Source: Amoebophrya sp. A120 (lineage: Eukaryota; Protista; Dinoflagellata). From it: a DNA stretch of 64,000 nucleotides. The first letter of the stretch is position 1. Every line of letters starts with the position of its first letter. The DNA is taken from assembly GCA_905178155.1 (NCBI GenBank), contig CAJINV010000003.1, positions 2,831,715 through 2,895,714 on the forward strand. The letters run 5' to 3'. The position numbers and the translations under genes were made by a program. Positions 12,235-26,214 of this stretch are shown piece after piece. The notes beneath the pieces are model-generated. The model ran no database searches. It saw only the letters and a list, made by a program, of their open reading frames with translations, and was not told where the DNA came from.

Positions 12235-13174
12235 CCAGAGGAAAACATAAACAACCGCGTATTCCCGAAAATTGTACGAATAGAAGCACAAGCATGCGGC
12301 TCGGAAAGAATCTAGATCTACATATTCTTATTCATCGCGCCCGCCGGAATAAACAAACATCGGCTTCGGTAACAAATACAACTGACTCATTAATATGCGG
12401 GCTCCGCAACAAGTCGAAAAAAGCTTATTAGCGGGTTGAAGAGCGGTTGTTCTCATCTTTTCGATTTGGTAGTGTCCTTCACCGCTTGCTCCGCCGAGAG
12501 TGGCAGCGTGTTCAAATCCTCTGGTTCGTACAGGAACACATCCTTCCGGTCGCCGTCTCCCCCCATTTTTGTGCGCGTGCTCGTGAAAAGAGGTTGTTGA
12601 GGTACTGCGTACTTAGCTCGTCAGCGGGAAAACGCTGACCCGAGAGGAAAATTTGTGGTGGTGGTTGTGGACTACCGATGTATGTTGATTACCTGATGTG
12701 CAGCTTTCTGCTGCTTCTGTAATCTCGTCCTCTGGCGAAATTTCCAATTTTTACGGGCCCTACTTCCAACAGTAGTTGCTGCGCGCTTCGACAGAACAAC
12801 AACTGTTCCCGCCTCCTGTAGTCGCGAACCACACTTCTGCTCGCCCTTCTCGGTAAGATCCACTTCGAGGAGAAAAGGTTGACACGGCGCAGGTACAAGA
12901 ACCCCACGAGAGCGAGACCACGCAAGAACGGTTTATTGGTTCTGTGCCTGCTTTTGGTTTTGACCGCGGCCCCTGGTGTGTGCGGAAAGATGTCGGTCTC
13001 CCTGGGCGGATCGCTTCAGACTTTTCTCGTTAAAAATAGGTCCACCGCGACCGCACAGATCAACAACCGCAGTCAAACAACTTTCTTTGTAGTTCTGTTC
13101 TCCTGAAGCTGCTGATCGTGGATGAAACAAACGAAACGTGAGCAAGCTGGTGACCACAACAAGACTTTTTTATT

Positions 13175-13685
13175 TCATCCCCCGCCCGCGTTCGTACTCG
13201 TCGTGGTGCGACCGGTCTGTGCACCAATTTCGTACCGCAGGTATGGCTGAATCTCTTCTCGATCTTCCCCGTTGATGTTCGGTGCAAAGGAACTGGATGA
13301 AAATGGGCGCGAGACTGCCTGCTGGGGCGGGAAGCTACCGGAGGTGCCAAAAACGCCGCTGCTAGTACAGCCGCCAACGAGAACGCCGAGTAACAGGAAG
13401 CCCCAAAAGACTAATTCGCCCTCCCAGAACGCCGCCTCGGCAGGGTCAGCAACTTTGTTCGTGTTGGAAAGTAGCAGAGCAGAGGACGCACCACCAGGAC
13501 TCGTCGTCACACTCGCAGAACTTGCGAATCCGAAAATGGAGCGGGGAGATAGCAGGCGCAAGTTCATCTAGATGGACAAAGGGCCGCCCGAGCTCATCCC
13601 GACGAGCGAAGATATACTGCTCCAGGCTTCCGGGTGACGCAGCAAAGCACGGCTCCCTAACACGCACCCGCACGGTCTGGCACAA
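13175..13685 (-). CDS. Possible coding segment(s), frame unresolved
   Basis: GC-rich overlapping ORFs 13175..13567 and 13446..13685; no recognisable domain. Confidence 0.2.
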
Positions 13686-16600
13686 GTTGAACTGCTGCTG
13701 GCTCCGTCATGATGAAAAAACAATGCTGCTTGATGTGCTGTGCATGTTCATTTTTTAGTTCTAGATGCACCGTCGGCGGTTCGAATCTTCAGGCCTTCTT
13801 ACTTACTCTTATTTCATACGCTCTGCACCATCGGTGTTGAAAGAAGCCCAAAGATGGAACAAGAAACAAGTGGCTACAGCTCGTTTTCAGCCCTTCATCT
13901 GGCCTTTTCGTAAGCTGGAGGAGATGCTACAACAAGAACCCATCGCGGCATTGTGAAACAAACAAACACTATCACAAGCTAAAAAAAAGCACTGGTGGTA
14001 GTTGCAAGTAGGTGTGTTCTGGTGGTAATGTGAAAATGAACGAGATGATGACACTCATTCACATGTATGTTGAGAAGTTTCTAATCCCATCGGGATACGG
14101 ATATGCCCTTCGACCCTTGCGACTCATTTTCGGAAAAAGTGCTACGGCACCTCCGCGTGACCTTGGTTAATTGCAGCAATACACGTGCTGCATCGACACC
14201 GGCTTCGAAATATAATGCACGTGGCTAGGAGGTACGAACGATATAATAATCAGAATCATAATCAACGCAACATAAAGAAATATAAGCTCCTCGCCCGGCA
14301 CCCACACCCACGACGATCACAGCGCTTTTGTTTTCACCGATGGATATTGAGCGTAGTTAGACACTCACTGAGTGTTTCCAGGGCCCGGAAGCACGCAGTG
14401 AAGACTAGGACGAGGACAAGTTTTCCCTGTACTCATCGATGAAGTAGCTAGAGCTACAGGTGAAGCTTCAATACACAGATCAGATTAGGGCACCGAGACA
14501 CGTGTTCCCGAGAAACGGTCGGAAAGCGAAGCTACAACCGCGTCCCCTCCTGGCATCAGACTTGGCCACAAGAGCAGAAGAAACCTTATACCACAAACAC
14601 CACACGACGCTGCTGACTGCTCGAGCTAGTACTTGGCCATCGTAGTTGTTCGCTCTCGCTGGCTCCGTGCATACTTTCCGCCGATTTCAGTATTAACATC
14701 AACGCGCCCGAGGTTTTTTTCCACCTCATCGATGTGTTCACAAAGAGAAAGATGTTCGTTCCCATAACTCTATCTGCAACAATCAGCTCGGTAAAATTAA
14801 AATACAAGTTCGACATTTGGGAAAATTGTTCGAGTGCACCTAAGCAGTTCCATAAATTTTGAAACGGACCTCGGCCCGTTCAGAAGTTCTTTTTGACCGA
14901 ACATACAGACACACGATCAGCTTTTGAAAAAGTAGACTGTTCTTTGGCTGTTTGCTCTATTTTGTCAAGAATCTGTAGAAATTTTGTAAAAACGCAAACT
15001 TTTTTGTTTATTTTCATTTAGTTCTTTTGTCTTTTGATACACGACTAAAAACAGTGCACTTTTTACCAGCAAGACGGTACTGAGTTGCTATAGACGCATA
15101 CGGATACGTTGGTTTACTTAATCAAGCAAAGCGCTCGCAGGTGGTGCGGGAACAGGCTCGCTACAGCCACGTCGGTCTGGTTCCGTGAACGTGTAACTCT
15201 ATTGTATCTATCGTCATCGACATCGTGGCAGAAGATTTTTAGAAGATTATAGAAGCAAGCCCATACTTTGTAGTTCAGCCCGTGACATGGTCTGCAGCCC
15301 TTTTTTCCATCGGTGCTGCAGGTGTGTCGGTTGCCGTCACCGCGTAGAGGTGGCCGTATGCCCAGACGTCCTGGTATGGGAGTTTCAGACAGGAAATCGA
15401 CGAATGCATGAGTATCCGTTCAAATTCGTCCACGAATCGAAGCATCGACGCACGTTGATTTGCTTTTGGCATTGCCATTGGGCCGTGCAGTACTATACCA
15501 TACTACTTGAATGATGCACGTTTATATGTATGAATGCAAATCCTATTTCTTCGACAATTTTCCGCCTGACACTGCCATATTTGAAGCGACTGTGCGAAAC
15601 ACTCCTTCCGGTTGCAGTCACCAGTGCGTCGCCAGTCATTGAATAAACGCGATTGCTTCTCGTCCTTTCGCTCATGTGCGCACCTTTTTTTTGTGATGTG
15701 ATCTTGATAACGTCATCGTGTTTTATTTTCGAAAGATTCATTCGTTGATATCTTCATCAAGCCAATTTTTCACTTGTGGAAAAGAAAATCGATGTAGTTG
15801 CACCTGATCGCCGTTTCAGGAAATGCTTCTGATTTCCCGCCGAGTAGCCATCGGTCGCTGCGCCCCTCTGTTCAAGCACTCCGGAACCTTTGTGTTTGTG
15901 ATTAATTTCTCAGCTTGGATTGCTACGGAGGTTCTTTTTTTGATAATTTCGTATGCGCTCTTTCTCTTATTTTTGCCCGTTGGCAACGGGCCGCTGCACT
16001 TCGTGTTTTCCAGATGGAGACAGCACAAAAAAAAACACATCCAAACGTGCAGAAAACCATCGTACTGAAGACAAGAATTCTGCCATGATTTTTTGTGAAA
16101 TAAGCAAGTAGAGGTGAACCAGGGTAGAGCTGGTACCGCTCGCAAAGTAGCTTTTGGTCTCCTTTGCCTCCTCTCGGGCATGCACCGATAAACCCATCTT
16201 GGCGCGAACATCTGGCGGTAGTGCGCATTTTGGCATTTTTGGACGCGGTACCGCAGTATCCAGCTTGCTACCCCAAGCGCACTGCAACCCGGAAGCAGTC
16301 TTGCCGTACGACATTTTTGTCTCGATAATGATTTCAAAATGAAAAACTACTACAAGTACCCAACACTAACATTGACCAACGAGTTCGCTTTACACACAAC
16401 ACACCGCCGCACTGCACCCAACCAAAATCATCAACAGGACACATATTTACATTTAGAAATTGAAATTGGCAAGACAAAGACTACTGTCAAAAGCGAAAGC
16501 CGGAAGTATGTTCTATGAAACACAGTTCAACTCCTGTGCCACTTTTTGTAATTGTGTGTCCATTCCGCTAACAAGCCCGACAGTTCTCGCACGATACTCT

Positions 16601-17022
16601 TTTCGCTCATCAACTCTTGCGCGGACGAAGGAAACGAATTAAACTACATCTACAACACAATAGATCGTCCGTCTTGTCGCCGAAATCATTCTGCTACGTT
16701 CCTTTCCTGTCACTACTCGAAGCAAGTCTCTCTCGATGGATCACGACACATCGATTCATGGAAAACTCACATCACGAGAAACAAACAACGTCGATCTGAA
16801 ACTCTCTCATTTAGGAGGTAATACAGATGAAACACGGCGACATGATAGCGTCGAACGCCTCTATCAAAGGCAGATCTAGACGCGATGGATTGCCTGGTGC
16901 TTGATGATGATGTTTCTCTTTGCATGTTTTTGCGTAAGTATATCAAATCTTTTTTTTGTTGAAGTAGACTGCAAGACACAATGGTACATTCGTCGTTGTC
17001 GTGGTCCAGCGAACAAGCGGCC

Positions 17023-18917
17023 TCAGTCAGAGTCCGCGCCGGAGCTTCTCTTTTTTCCCGACGTCTTACCACTCCGATTTTTCATCAATTTTTTCCCGTG
17101 TTCAACATTTTTGCGCTTCTTGCTAGAAGTGCTAGCTTTTTTTTTCTGCTTTTCTGAGCCACACCGTCCTTTTGTCGGCTTCATCTCGACGATTTCGCCA
17201 GAAGTTGCTCCTGTACTACAACCTCCACTTTTGATTTCAGGTGCTGTGGCTCCATCGGTGCCAGAAGAAGAAGAGCTACAGCTAGTGCTTGTCCAGGCGA
17301 AGACGTAGGTTTTCGCCCCTGTCTTGAGAATCTCCTCATTGGCAGACGCGGATAAGTTTTCCTTGAAGCCGATGGTTCGCCGGTGCGCGTAGCCGGGAAA
17401 GCAACGTGGGTCGAAGTCGTAAGCGCCCCGGACGCGGAGGCGGTTGTTGCTCCCCTTGGCGCAACAGCTGGCAATTTTCCAGTCCTTGTAGGTGTCGTTG
17501 CTCTTCAGCGTCACGTGCACCTCCCCCGTCTTCGACGTCAGGCACTTCACACACTCATTGAAAAACCCCTGGAGCATCTCCTGGTTCTCCTGCACATTCT
17601 TGGCCCGGTCCCGCTCCCCGGTCCCGCTGTGCGGAAACTGGAACACAATCTTGTCGAACTTCCGTTCCTTTTGGTCTGCAAACACCTCCGACAGCTTGCG
17701 GCAGTCCACGCCCACGCAAACCTGCGTGTTCAATTGCTTTTTCAGAAATTTCACGTTCTGCTTCGCCTCCTCGCCGTATTTCTGCAGCAGGGTGGACTTA
17801 TCGTCGTAACACGAGGCCACAAGCAGCGCACGGCCTTCTTGCACCTGAAGATCCTGCTCCGGAAAGCCAGAACTGTGTTCCTTCGCTTCAGGTAAGGTGG
17901 AGCGGTGATCTACTACAACTTCCGCTACATTTTCATTTTGTGCCGCTGGCGACGACAGAGTGCTCGCCACCACCTGGCCGTCATCATAGGTACTACTGCT
18001 ACAGGGTTCAGCAGCTGCAGCACCTTCTTCTGTCACTGACTCTAGTACAACTCTGACCGTCGGCCGCTCCGTTTCGTCCTGCTGGTGGCTCTCGCTTCGG
18101 CTTGTCGTTGTTTTACTATCGGAACAAACGTCCTCGTCCCGAGGCCCTCCTCGTCCGCTGGAAGAGGAAGGTGGCGGAGATGATCCAACCGGAGCTGCAA
18201 AAGGGCTGGTGCAGAGAGCGCGCGCAAAACTAAAGTTTCCCTCGCCGACCAAGAGAATTCGCTCTCCAGGGGCGTTGTACTGGCGCACGGCCTTCAACAG
18301 CTTGCTTTCGAACTCTTTGCGGCTCTTCTTCGTCATGACAAGCAAACAATTTTCCACCTCGCGCCCCGCCAGCGCGCACTGGCTCTCCCAGGTATGCATT
18401 GCAAACATGTCTGCGCGTCTGGAAGGCTGCGTGTAATGCTGAACTCCCGGCTTTCATCCCATTCGCATACTCCTGAGCTCTGTGATGCATGCTAAGCTAC
18501 GGAATAACGATGCCTCATATTTCTTGGTGGTGCAAAAACGCGATTTGCGTATCAAACAACAGCACAAGAATTTCTTATGCGTAGCCGCATACTGCCGCGC
18601 CCGCGGTCAGCATTGCATGATGCCATTCATGTTGTATTCACATCGCAACTTTCCAGACCCCGACACATTATGTGCGATCCATACCAGAGGGCATAGCTCA
18701 ATTTGCTGCAAACCGTGCGTGCCCGCTGCCCCTGAGCTTGTCCCTGAAAGTCCGCGGCGGAGAGGCCGTGGGGGTTCGCCAGCCGCTCTTTCTCCTTTTG
18801 CTCGTTCGCGTGTTTTTTCTTTTCCTTTTGCACCTTCTTCCGGTCGGCAGTCTTCATGTCCCGTCGCACGGTGCGGAACTTCGCCTTTTTCATCCCACGT
18901 AGGCCGTGCTTCGCCAT
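17023..18917 (-). CDS. BMT5: 25S rRNA (uridine-N3)-methyltransferase BMT5-like / DUF2431 protein, ~532 aa; exons 18917-18684, 18387-17023
   Basis: Motifs ILLVGEGNFSFARAL, GVDC, FDKIVFQFPHSG and FPGYAHRRT, with basic termini. Removing the element joins SYALW-ESQCALAG in frame. Confidence 0.8.
18393..18683. mobile_element. Introner-like element, 291 bp (family B), TSD CCAGG/CCAGA
   Basis: TATGCATTGCAAACATGTCTGCGCGTCTGGAAG ... TTCCAGACCCCGACACATTATGTGCGATCCATA; in-frame removal. Confidence 0.9.
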
Positions 18918-19559
18918 GACTTCTCAAAGTAGAAGTGCAGGTAGCAGGAGGGATTCGGCCGTCGATTTTGGCGATGATTGGAAGAACTTTTCTTCCTGGT
19001 GTACTATGATATTCACGTTGTTTCTATCGAAAAAACGAACTCTTATTTTCTTCCAATACCACACTTAGACCAATGCTAGAGAGGACTGAGTCTGAGACGA
19101 CGAAGAGGAAATTGAAATTGAAGACAAACACAAATTCTAAACTCAAACTACGAAAAAATGGACAGTACTATCTCGTGTTGAATGTCATCCTGTTCTTCAA
19201 TCTAAATCATGCCTTATCATCTTCATCTCCAATCAAACAAGGGACCACATGCTCCTCTTGTCATACTTACTCAATTTCTCTTAGCCCTTCATACGCAGAT
19301 CCGATTCAAGAGGTCGTGCGCAAATGAGCACTGCTTTCTCCACGGAGCACTGCTTTTTTTGTATTTGTGCTATAGCTATGACTCTCGTTTGCATGAAGAT
19401 CTAGTTTTTGTGTTGCGTCCACCTCACCATCGCAATCCATTTCCATTCTGATCATCAAAACAAAATTTCCTTCAATTGATACTTATGATCGAAATCGATG
19501 AGCCACATCTGACATTTGCTTTTGGGTGACCACATCGATGACAGAGACAGACTTTTAGG

Positions 19560-19612
19560 CAAGCATGACAGGTCTTGCTTCCTTCCGGATCCGGGCATAT
19601 TTGCAATGCTTT
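19560..19612. mobile_element. Relic right end of a family B element (partner end not found)
   Basis: GCATGACAGG...CTTCCGGATCCGGGCATATTTGCAATGC matches the family B TIR, but the terminal ATA is lost. Confidence 0.55.
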
Positions 19613-20943
19613 TTACTCTTTGCAATGGCTCGTACGCACGTGAACCCAGATCGATTTCCGGCATAAAAAATGTTCAGTTCGTATTTTCGTCCTTGAAACC
19701 AATATAAAATATGAATATCGCACTTTTGCTCCACCACCCACCAGCACGAATTGTGTATCAACATGATATAGGCGCATTCTTGTTGACGAGTAGACTTCGT
19801 CATCACGATCATTCTTGTAGTCTCCTGGAACACTAACACCCTTTGAGTCAATTCCGGTGGCCCGCGTCTAGCCTCCTTCGTCCGCCAGAAACGGGTGCTG
19901 ATGATCAGATTCGATTGGAAGACAAAGCAACGGACCGCTCAAATATCAAACGATAAAAAGTACTTTGCGTGTACATATTATAATTTCCGATACTTTATCT
20001 TTTTTTACGTCAGCGCCCTTAGCTTCATCTGGCGCATCTGTTGATTCTCGATTTTTTATAGATACATTTATTTAGTGTAAAGTAAAGCGGATCTGTTGTA
20101 ACCGTTTTTCTTCTGGCATTGTCTGTCAGTCGGCGTGAGTAAAGTACATGCCTTGTTTGAAATAAAGAGCCTCACAGATGAGGACGAAACGCGAAGGCCC
20201 AGCGTTGCTGCCGCGCCTTTTAATCTGCTCGTCCGGTCAAACAATTTCACAGATCACAAACTTGGAGAAAGGGCGTTATTTTTAGGCAAAGATGTTTTAC
20301 TTGTTTTGGATTTGGGGTTAGAGAATAGAAAACGATTTTCATTTGGTAATGCTGAAATGTAAAGGCTGACGTAAACATGCGAAAGTTGTAAACTGTTACT
20401 GTAAATGTAAAATTTCAAAAATAGTTAAAACAAAATTAAACAAGCCTGGTACAAAAGATATCAGTTTCTATGTGATTTCAAAATCAAATAGATGAGTGCC
20501 ATGAGATATGAACATATTATACTAGCACCTAAAATTCTTTTTGTGCGTGTAGCCGAAAGCGAGTGGTGCTAATATGATCAAATCTTCAGTACAAAACTGC
20601 AAGTGCAACAACTACAGTGATGAAATAGAGTATAATGTGCACAACAACTTTTCAAGTACTTCTACTTCAATTCGTATAATTTCTCAACAAGGTCGTCGTG
20701 ATCATGCAGCAAGTAAGTAAGTAAATCGGTCCTCACATCACATTCATACCTTGGACCGATTGCCATGCTTGATGTCCTGTTCTGCTTCTTCGTTGTTCGA
20801 ATTTCAACATTCTTGGTGGGATTTTGACAAATGGTGTGCGAACGCGGACTTCACATTTCCTTTTCCGCGACTTCTGATTGTAGTTTTTCGAAACGTGTTT
20901 GATTCTTCGACCCTCCTCGCGTCGTCCCAACCCTGCAGCTTCT

Positions 20944-23443
20944 TCACCGAATCGAGGGCGTGATCGCCGGACCTTGGCATTCGTTGCAGGAAGAGCTGTC
21001 CCGCAGCCGGGTTCCCATGAACCCCTTGATGTTCGACATGCTGGCCGATTGACAGATCAGGTCTATCCTCTGCAAAAGCGTTCCCATCGTCCCAGAGTTG
21101 TGTTGTCATGCAAATCTGCATGCGTATTAAAATGTTTCTTATGCGCAGCAGCCCCATGAGGTGGAGCATTTTCTCATCCTTTCTGGGATTTGTTATGCTC
21201 CAATCAGCATAAGTAAGGAGCTAGGTTTGTGATGTTAAAACAACCGCGCCGACATTGCCATTGTCCATTATCGCTACGGAAGCAAGCCTTCGCAGGCGCT
21301 GGTTTGTGATGTACTAGCTTGTTCAACAGTACTAGCCAAGCAGCACTAGTACAACACTACTCGTTATCCAAAGAACTTGTCATGCGCATCAACAGGAGCC
21401 AAAACTTCGGCTTCTGTGTTGCAAAATGATTCCCATCTTGACATAAGTACTCTGGGGTCGTGGGGACGTCGTTTTTGCACGGAATAAGGTCGCTGTGAAG
21501 TTCTTTCGTCGCCCCGGACTGGATAAGGTCCACGCCTGCCTGCATGGTGTCCTTGTACTGCGAGAAGTCGTTCGCCGGAATGTCTTCACACCGGATGACA
21601 ATGCATTCCGAAAACAAGAAGCAATTCGTTTCCATCTGGGAATTGCCGTAGAAGGTCGAAAACAGGCAGTGCGGGTGGTCCTGGCATGCCTGGTCGCACG
21701 CGGCACGGTCTTTCACTCCTTTTACTTTCGACGGGTGGCCCGATCCCAGCAACGTATCAGCAGCTTGAATTTGGTTGTCGGCAATTTTCGACAACGCCCC
21801 GAATCCAGCGAAATTCGAACCCGCCTCCGCGGCCGCGCCCGCTGTTTAGTTTTAGTATTTTCGGGATTGCTTCCCTGATTGTTCAAATGCAGCATTAAAT
21901 AACAGTCAAAAATCACTCTCGCGCTATTGAGTATGTACTTCATCCGCGACAAAGAAATCTTTCCTCGCGGAAATTAATAATATAACAATCAGACGGCCGC
22001 GCGAATGCGAAACCCCAAGTGAAGATACAACTGCGCCTGGAGTTTTAGTTTATGTCTTCTCGCTCGTGGCGCAGAGGCAAACAAATAGAAATAGGATTGA
22101 TAAAGAAAATGTGAGATGAATAACAATAAATACCGAAAGTGGATTGCGTGAAGTCACAAACCGGGTGGCCACGGATGCACAGGAACCAGAGACCCCAGAT
22201 CAGCAAGAAGAGTCCAATATGGCGCTCTCAAACATTACATTCTCAACTGTAGTAGTTACATGGATTTGTAAATGCTAAACCGACCGAAACCAAAAACGCA
22301 ACCAATAGGGCATATGGATTTGTAATGCAATAGCACAGGTGAGAAGGAAATGAAAACCGCCCTCCTGCGCGTCTTGCATAATACAGATCAAATTCGGTGC
22401 GGATTCTAGTGCTATTTAGCGCGTCGAGAATCGGTAGTGATTTTGCATGACAAATGATGTAACATCAGTTGAGAATGTAACATTTGAAGAACGCCATATC
22501 CAACCGCGGATCCGACCGAGATTCCGACAATGGCCCCGGTACTGAGTTTGCCCTTCGGGTCACCCGGATTGCTGGCGGATCCGTAGCCGTACTGCGAGCC
22601 CATCGGCTGCATTTGCTGCGACTGAAAGCCCGTGGCCGCACCATAGCCCCCGTTGTTGTAGCCGTACGCCGCACCGCCGTCGCCGGTGGCGTTGTAGTCC
22701 ATCCGGTGCTATCGACTGCAAATATGTCCGGGTCTGGAAGACTTCCTGATTTGTCATGCTTATCTGACATGACTCGGAACTCTGTCATGCGTAGGTGCAA
22801 AAAGATCGCTTTGTCTGTGATGCGAAAGCGTACTCTGCCATGCGGAATACGGTACACATAGCAGCTCAAAAACTTGTCATGGTTGGCCACGTATGACAAT
22901 GCGCCCAGTATAATTCCTTGGTTTGCATCACAAGTTTCCAGACCCAGACATGTAACATGCATTTGATAGGTGCTTCCCCTCCTTGTTGATCACCTTCAGG
23001 GAGCTCCCCGCGTACGACTTGTTTTTCTTCTTGTCACCCGCTTGCTTGCGCGACGAGGTAGACATGGACGGCGCGCCCTGCTCCGCGTTTTCGCCCTCCT
23101 TCGACACCGATTTCGGCGGGGGCTTGTTCGCCGCCGCGTCCTCGCGCGCGGACGGACCACCCGTGGCTCCGCCGCGCGGGCCGGACGCAAACCGACCCGA
23201 CTCGCAGTCGTCCAGCAGGTTGAAGATCCGGACGTCGCCTGCTTCGTTGACCAGCCGATGTTCCGCGCCGCCGTTCTCCTCCTCGCTAGTCGTCTGCGTG
23301 TACTCCTCGCGCAGAAGAGAGAGCTCCTCGCTCATTGCCTGCGGCTCAAACTGCCGCTCGTCCGCGTTGGAGGAGGTCGTCGAGAACGAAATCGCCCCGC
23401 GCTCCTCAGCCACCTCCTCGTCACGATAGAAAGCCGCCTGCAT
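20944..23443 (-). CDS. Single-pass membrane protein with PAN/apple-like Cys domain, family member a (~409 aa); exons 23443-22969, 22704-22499, 22212-22134, 21841-21487, 21058-20944
   Basis: Three introners and one GT-AG intron splice to a 1230-nt ORF. TM segment GAIVGISVGSAVG-LFLLIWGLWFLCIR; Cys pattern CDQACQDHPHCLFSTFY...NCFLFSECIVIRC...DLICQSA. Confidence 0.75.
21064..21486. mobile_element. Introner-like element, 423 bp (family D), TSD AGGTC
   Basis: TIR TATCCTCTGCAAAAGCG...CCCAGAGT vs TATTCCGTGCAAAAACG...CCCAGAGT; perfect TSD; in-frame removal. Confidence 0.9.
22218..22498. mobile_element. Introner-like element, 281 bp (family A, apparently inverted relative to 8084 and 10018), TSD TCCAA
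   Basis: TIR TATGGCGCTCTCAAACATTACATTCTCAACTG; perfect TSD. It interrupts a TM helix, which is restored on removal. Confidence 0.95.
22710..22968. mobile_element. Introner-like element, 259 bp (family B), TSD GGTGC
   Basis: TATCGACTGCAAATATGTCCGGGTCTGGAAG ... TTCCAGACCCAGACATG...GATA; perfect TSD; join KEGKH-RMDYN is in frame. Confidence 0.95.
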
Positions 23444-24780
23444 CTTGCCTGCGGACGTCTGGTTTGTTCTTGCAGCTGGTGCAGCAAGAGTGAGAGTTTT
23501 TAGGTTGATCGCTTGTTGCGGTTTGTTTTAGTTTTGTCGACGTCCTGGGCTGGTAGTTCTCGTCGGTCTGTGCTGGAGATTGATGGTCGTGGTTCCTCCC
23601 TCACAAACAAATACTCCTCGTCTTTAGATCGAGTTTATTTGATGACAGGCACGAAGCCGATACAAGCAGAAGAATGCTTGAAAATTAGTAGGTTTGCTTT
23701 GATGTTGAGAAAATACGTTGGCACTTCTTTTTAATGATCTTATGTAGTACAGTGCTTGTTTTGGTTTTGGATACTGATCCGTGTTAGTAGTTGTGGTGTT
23801 TTTACTCGACAAGCAGTCAAGTTCGTCAATTCAAGGAAAAATGGACTGAAAACGCGACGTCCTCTTTAGGTTGCGATTGTAAGGTGGTTTTTCAAAAGTG
23901 GTAGTAAATTCAGATGGGGTTTCACAGGAAAATGCCTGCTCGTGTGTGCAACCACGGTAAGATTAGTAATGAATTGAAATCGTCCAGATACAGATTCGAC
24001 GTCCGTATTTTTCAGGTCATACTTGGACTTTCTCCTTGCAAATTCTAATTAGATACTCAGTAAACGACCAGAACGATGCGTTTGCACTTGCACGATTTCC
24101 TGGTCTTGCACGAAACCGAGGATGGTGATGGACGTCTAATCCATAGTACCTTTGCTGTGGCCGGGCACGAGCGCATAGTCGTGGTACGAGTACGAGTACG
24201 AAATCAATTTTGAGGCGAAGCTGGTGACCGACATCTTCCAGTTGTAATATATCGCTGCCTTTCGTATTCGTTTGCCTTGGTCGAAATAAAATACCGACGT
24301 AAAAAACGCAGCACCGACGGTTCTTCCGGGGAAATAATGGACATCCCCCAAACTTTGTACAAACCGACGACCGAATAGTTTCCGGTATAGTTATAGATAC
24401 AACACCGACGTTGAGGACCAGCTTCACCTTTGCAACTAAAACCGAGAGTAAGAGGTTGTTGTACCGAGAGGACACAAAAATTGATTAGCCGGACAGACAA
24501 TGACGGAAACACAAGAGCAACAGGCTGTGACGTTCTTCTAGCCAGGTTGTGAGTGGTTCTTGGTCTTCTCGCGGTGTGCTTGGTCCTTACGTGTAACTGG
24601 AGTGCGACCAATTGATAATATACGTATACTGTAGTGCGGGAGGATAAGGAAAAGTTCCTTTTCCTTTCAGTCAGAGCAACGCCCTGCTAAGCAAATTAAA
24701 TGCACACTCGGCCGTACTACTATAAATAATGATAATCATAAACTGCAACGAGGCTTAATATGCAACTGCGGTGCACACGG

Positions 24781-24782
<2 letters not shown>

Positions 24783-24824
<42 letters not shown>
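24783..24824. repeat. (CA)21 microsatellite
   Basis: Direct read. Confidence 0.95.
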
Positions 24825-24827
<3 letters not shown>

Positions 24828-24890
24828 TCTACCAGTTGTTTATGTTTCCTAATTGAAATATGTATTTACATGTGTGACTTCTGATTTTCC

Positions 24891-25403
24891 TCAGGAAAAA
24901 GGGCGGGTGCTTGAAGCATATTCGTCTTCATCGTCATCGGCAGGCTTTACCTTTTTTTTTGATTTAGCCTCCTTTAGCTTCGCCCGCAGTCCCCTCAACT
25001 TTTTGTCTAACTCCTGTATGCTTTCTTCTATTTCCGCTTGTTTTCGTTCGCTGAATTCGCTGTTGTCAAGCTGTGCCTCGAGGTCGTCCCGCTCGCTTCT
25101 AGCTGCTGCAATGTCTCTTTGAATGTCCTCAACAGAAGGAGCGGTGGATCCCAATTTCTTTTTGGCGCCCTTCCCCAACTTCACGGTGCTGCTAGCATCA
25201 TCGTCGTCCTCGTCGCCGCAGCACTTTTGAATGGCCTTGGGCCGGGTGGCTGGGATACAAAACAAGAACGTGACAGCCAGCACGATGGCAAGCACTACGG
25301 TCGACGCCAGGAATATCGGAACAGTGCGGTCACTTTCCCCGTCGCAGTTGCAAAAGGTGATCCACCGGAAACTCCCACCCACGCCAGGGCCAGCCCCACT
25401 CAA
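24891..25403 (-). CDS. Terminal exon or ORF encoding a TM helix followed by a charged coiled coil
   Basis: VPIFLASTVVLAIVLAVTFLFCI, then an E/K-rich heptad stretch. There is no ATG start, so it is probably the last exon of an upstream gene. Confidence 0.55.
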   Translation of the reverse strand: MSGAGPGVGGSFRWITFCNCDGESDRTVPIFLASTVVLAIVLAVTFLFCIPATRPKAIQKCCGDEDDDDASSTVKLGKGAKKKLGSTAPSVEDIQRDIAAARSERDDLEAQLDNSEFSERKQAEIEESIQELDKKLRGLRAKLKEAKSKKKVKPADDDEDEYASSTRPFS

Positions 25404-26214
25404 TAATCAAAAATAAAACCAGTCTTTGTCACCTGGCCTTGATGGTTGAAGACAAGATTTAGCTTTTAGGTAGTTTAGCTTTTATAGTACATCACTACGC
25501 CGGTCCCAGCTGCTTGCAACAAGAAGTTGCGGGACTACAATGACTCTTTTTCTTTTTGTTTCTTTCCCAAAGCAATCGTCTTTTCGTCGATGATAGACTA
25601 CCAGTACTTGTTTTTGTTTTGCGAAAAATAAATGCTAGAAGTGCATGGAATGGATACAACAAACACAGTTCCTGCGTATTACGTGCCAGTAGGACGAGCA
25701 ATGCGAACAAAAATCGTTCAAGTCACGGGGAGCCGGGCGGGGGTGGGAGTTCCATCTTGATACAGCCCTCTTCGTCGTCCAAGTTTTCGTGCGTCTTAAT
25801 TTTCCGCCAGTCCTTAACTTCGTCAGGCTTCAACCAGGACTTGCGATCGCTCTTCCGGCCTCTTATGGATGCGCCAAATAGGAAATCGACAAAACTAAAA
25901 TGACTTTTATTTTGATGTACGCATATTGTTATTGCCCTTTGTGTTTGCAACACTGGTCGAAACGGGTTACACCCGGAACAACGGCAACGAGGACTAGGAC
26001 GTCACCAAAAGGCGACCTAGGCCGACCGCAGGAGGATTTATAACATCTATATGATCGGTGTAATTTGGCACCATCTTCGGCACACGCAAAAGCACAACTC
26101 GATGCGCACCACGGGTAGCCAGATCATTTACGTGTGTATCACTCTGACACACGGATACGCAAGAGCGGCTTGTTTCATGTCTCATGGATGGACTTCTTTA
26201 TCGTCAAATCATTT

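Noticed and set aside
14000-16900. Several short minus-strand ORFs (15275..15478, 15493..15741, 15967..16314) suggesting a gene
   Set aside because: I could not assemble a consistent spliced frame or recognise a domain.
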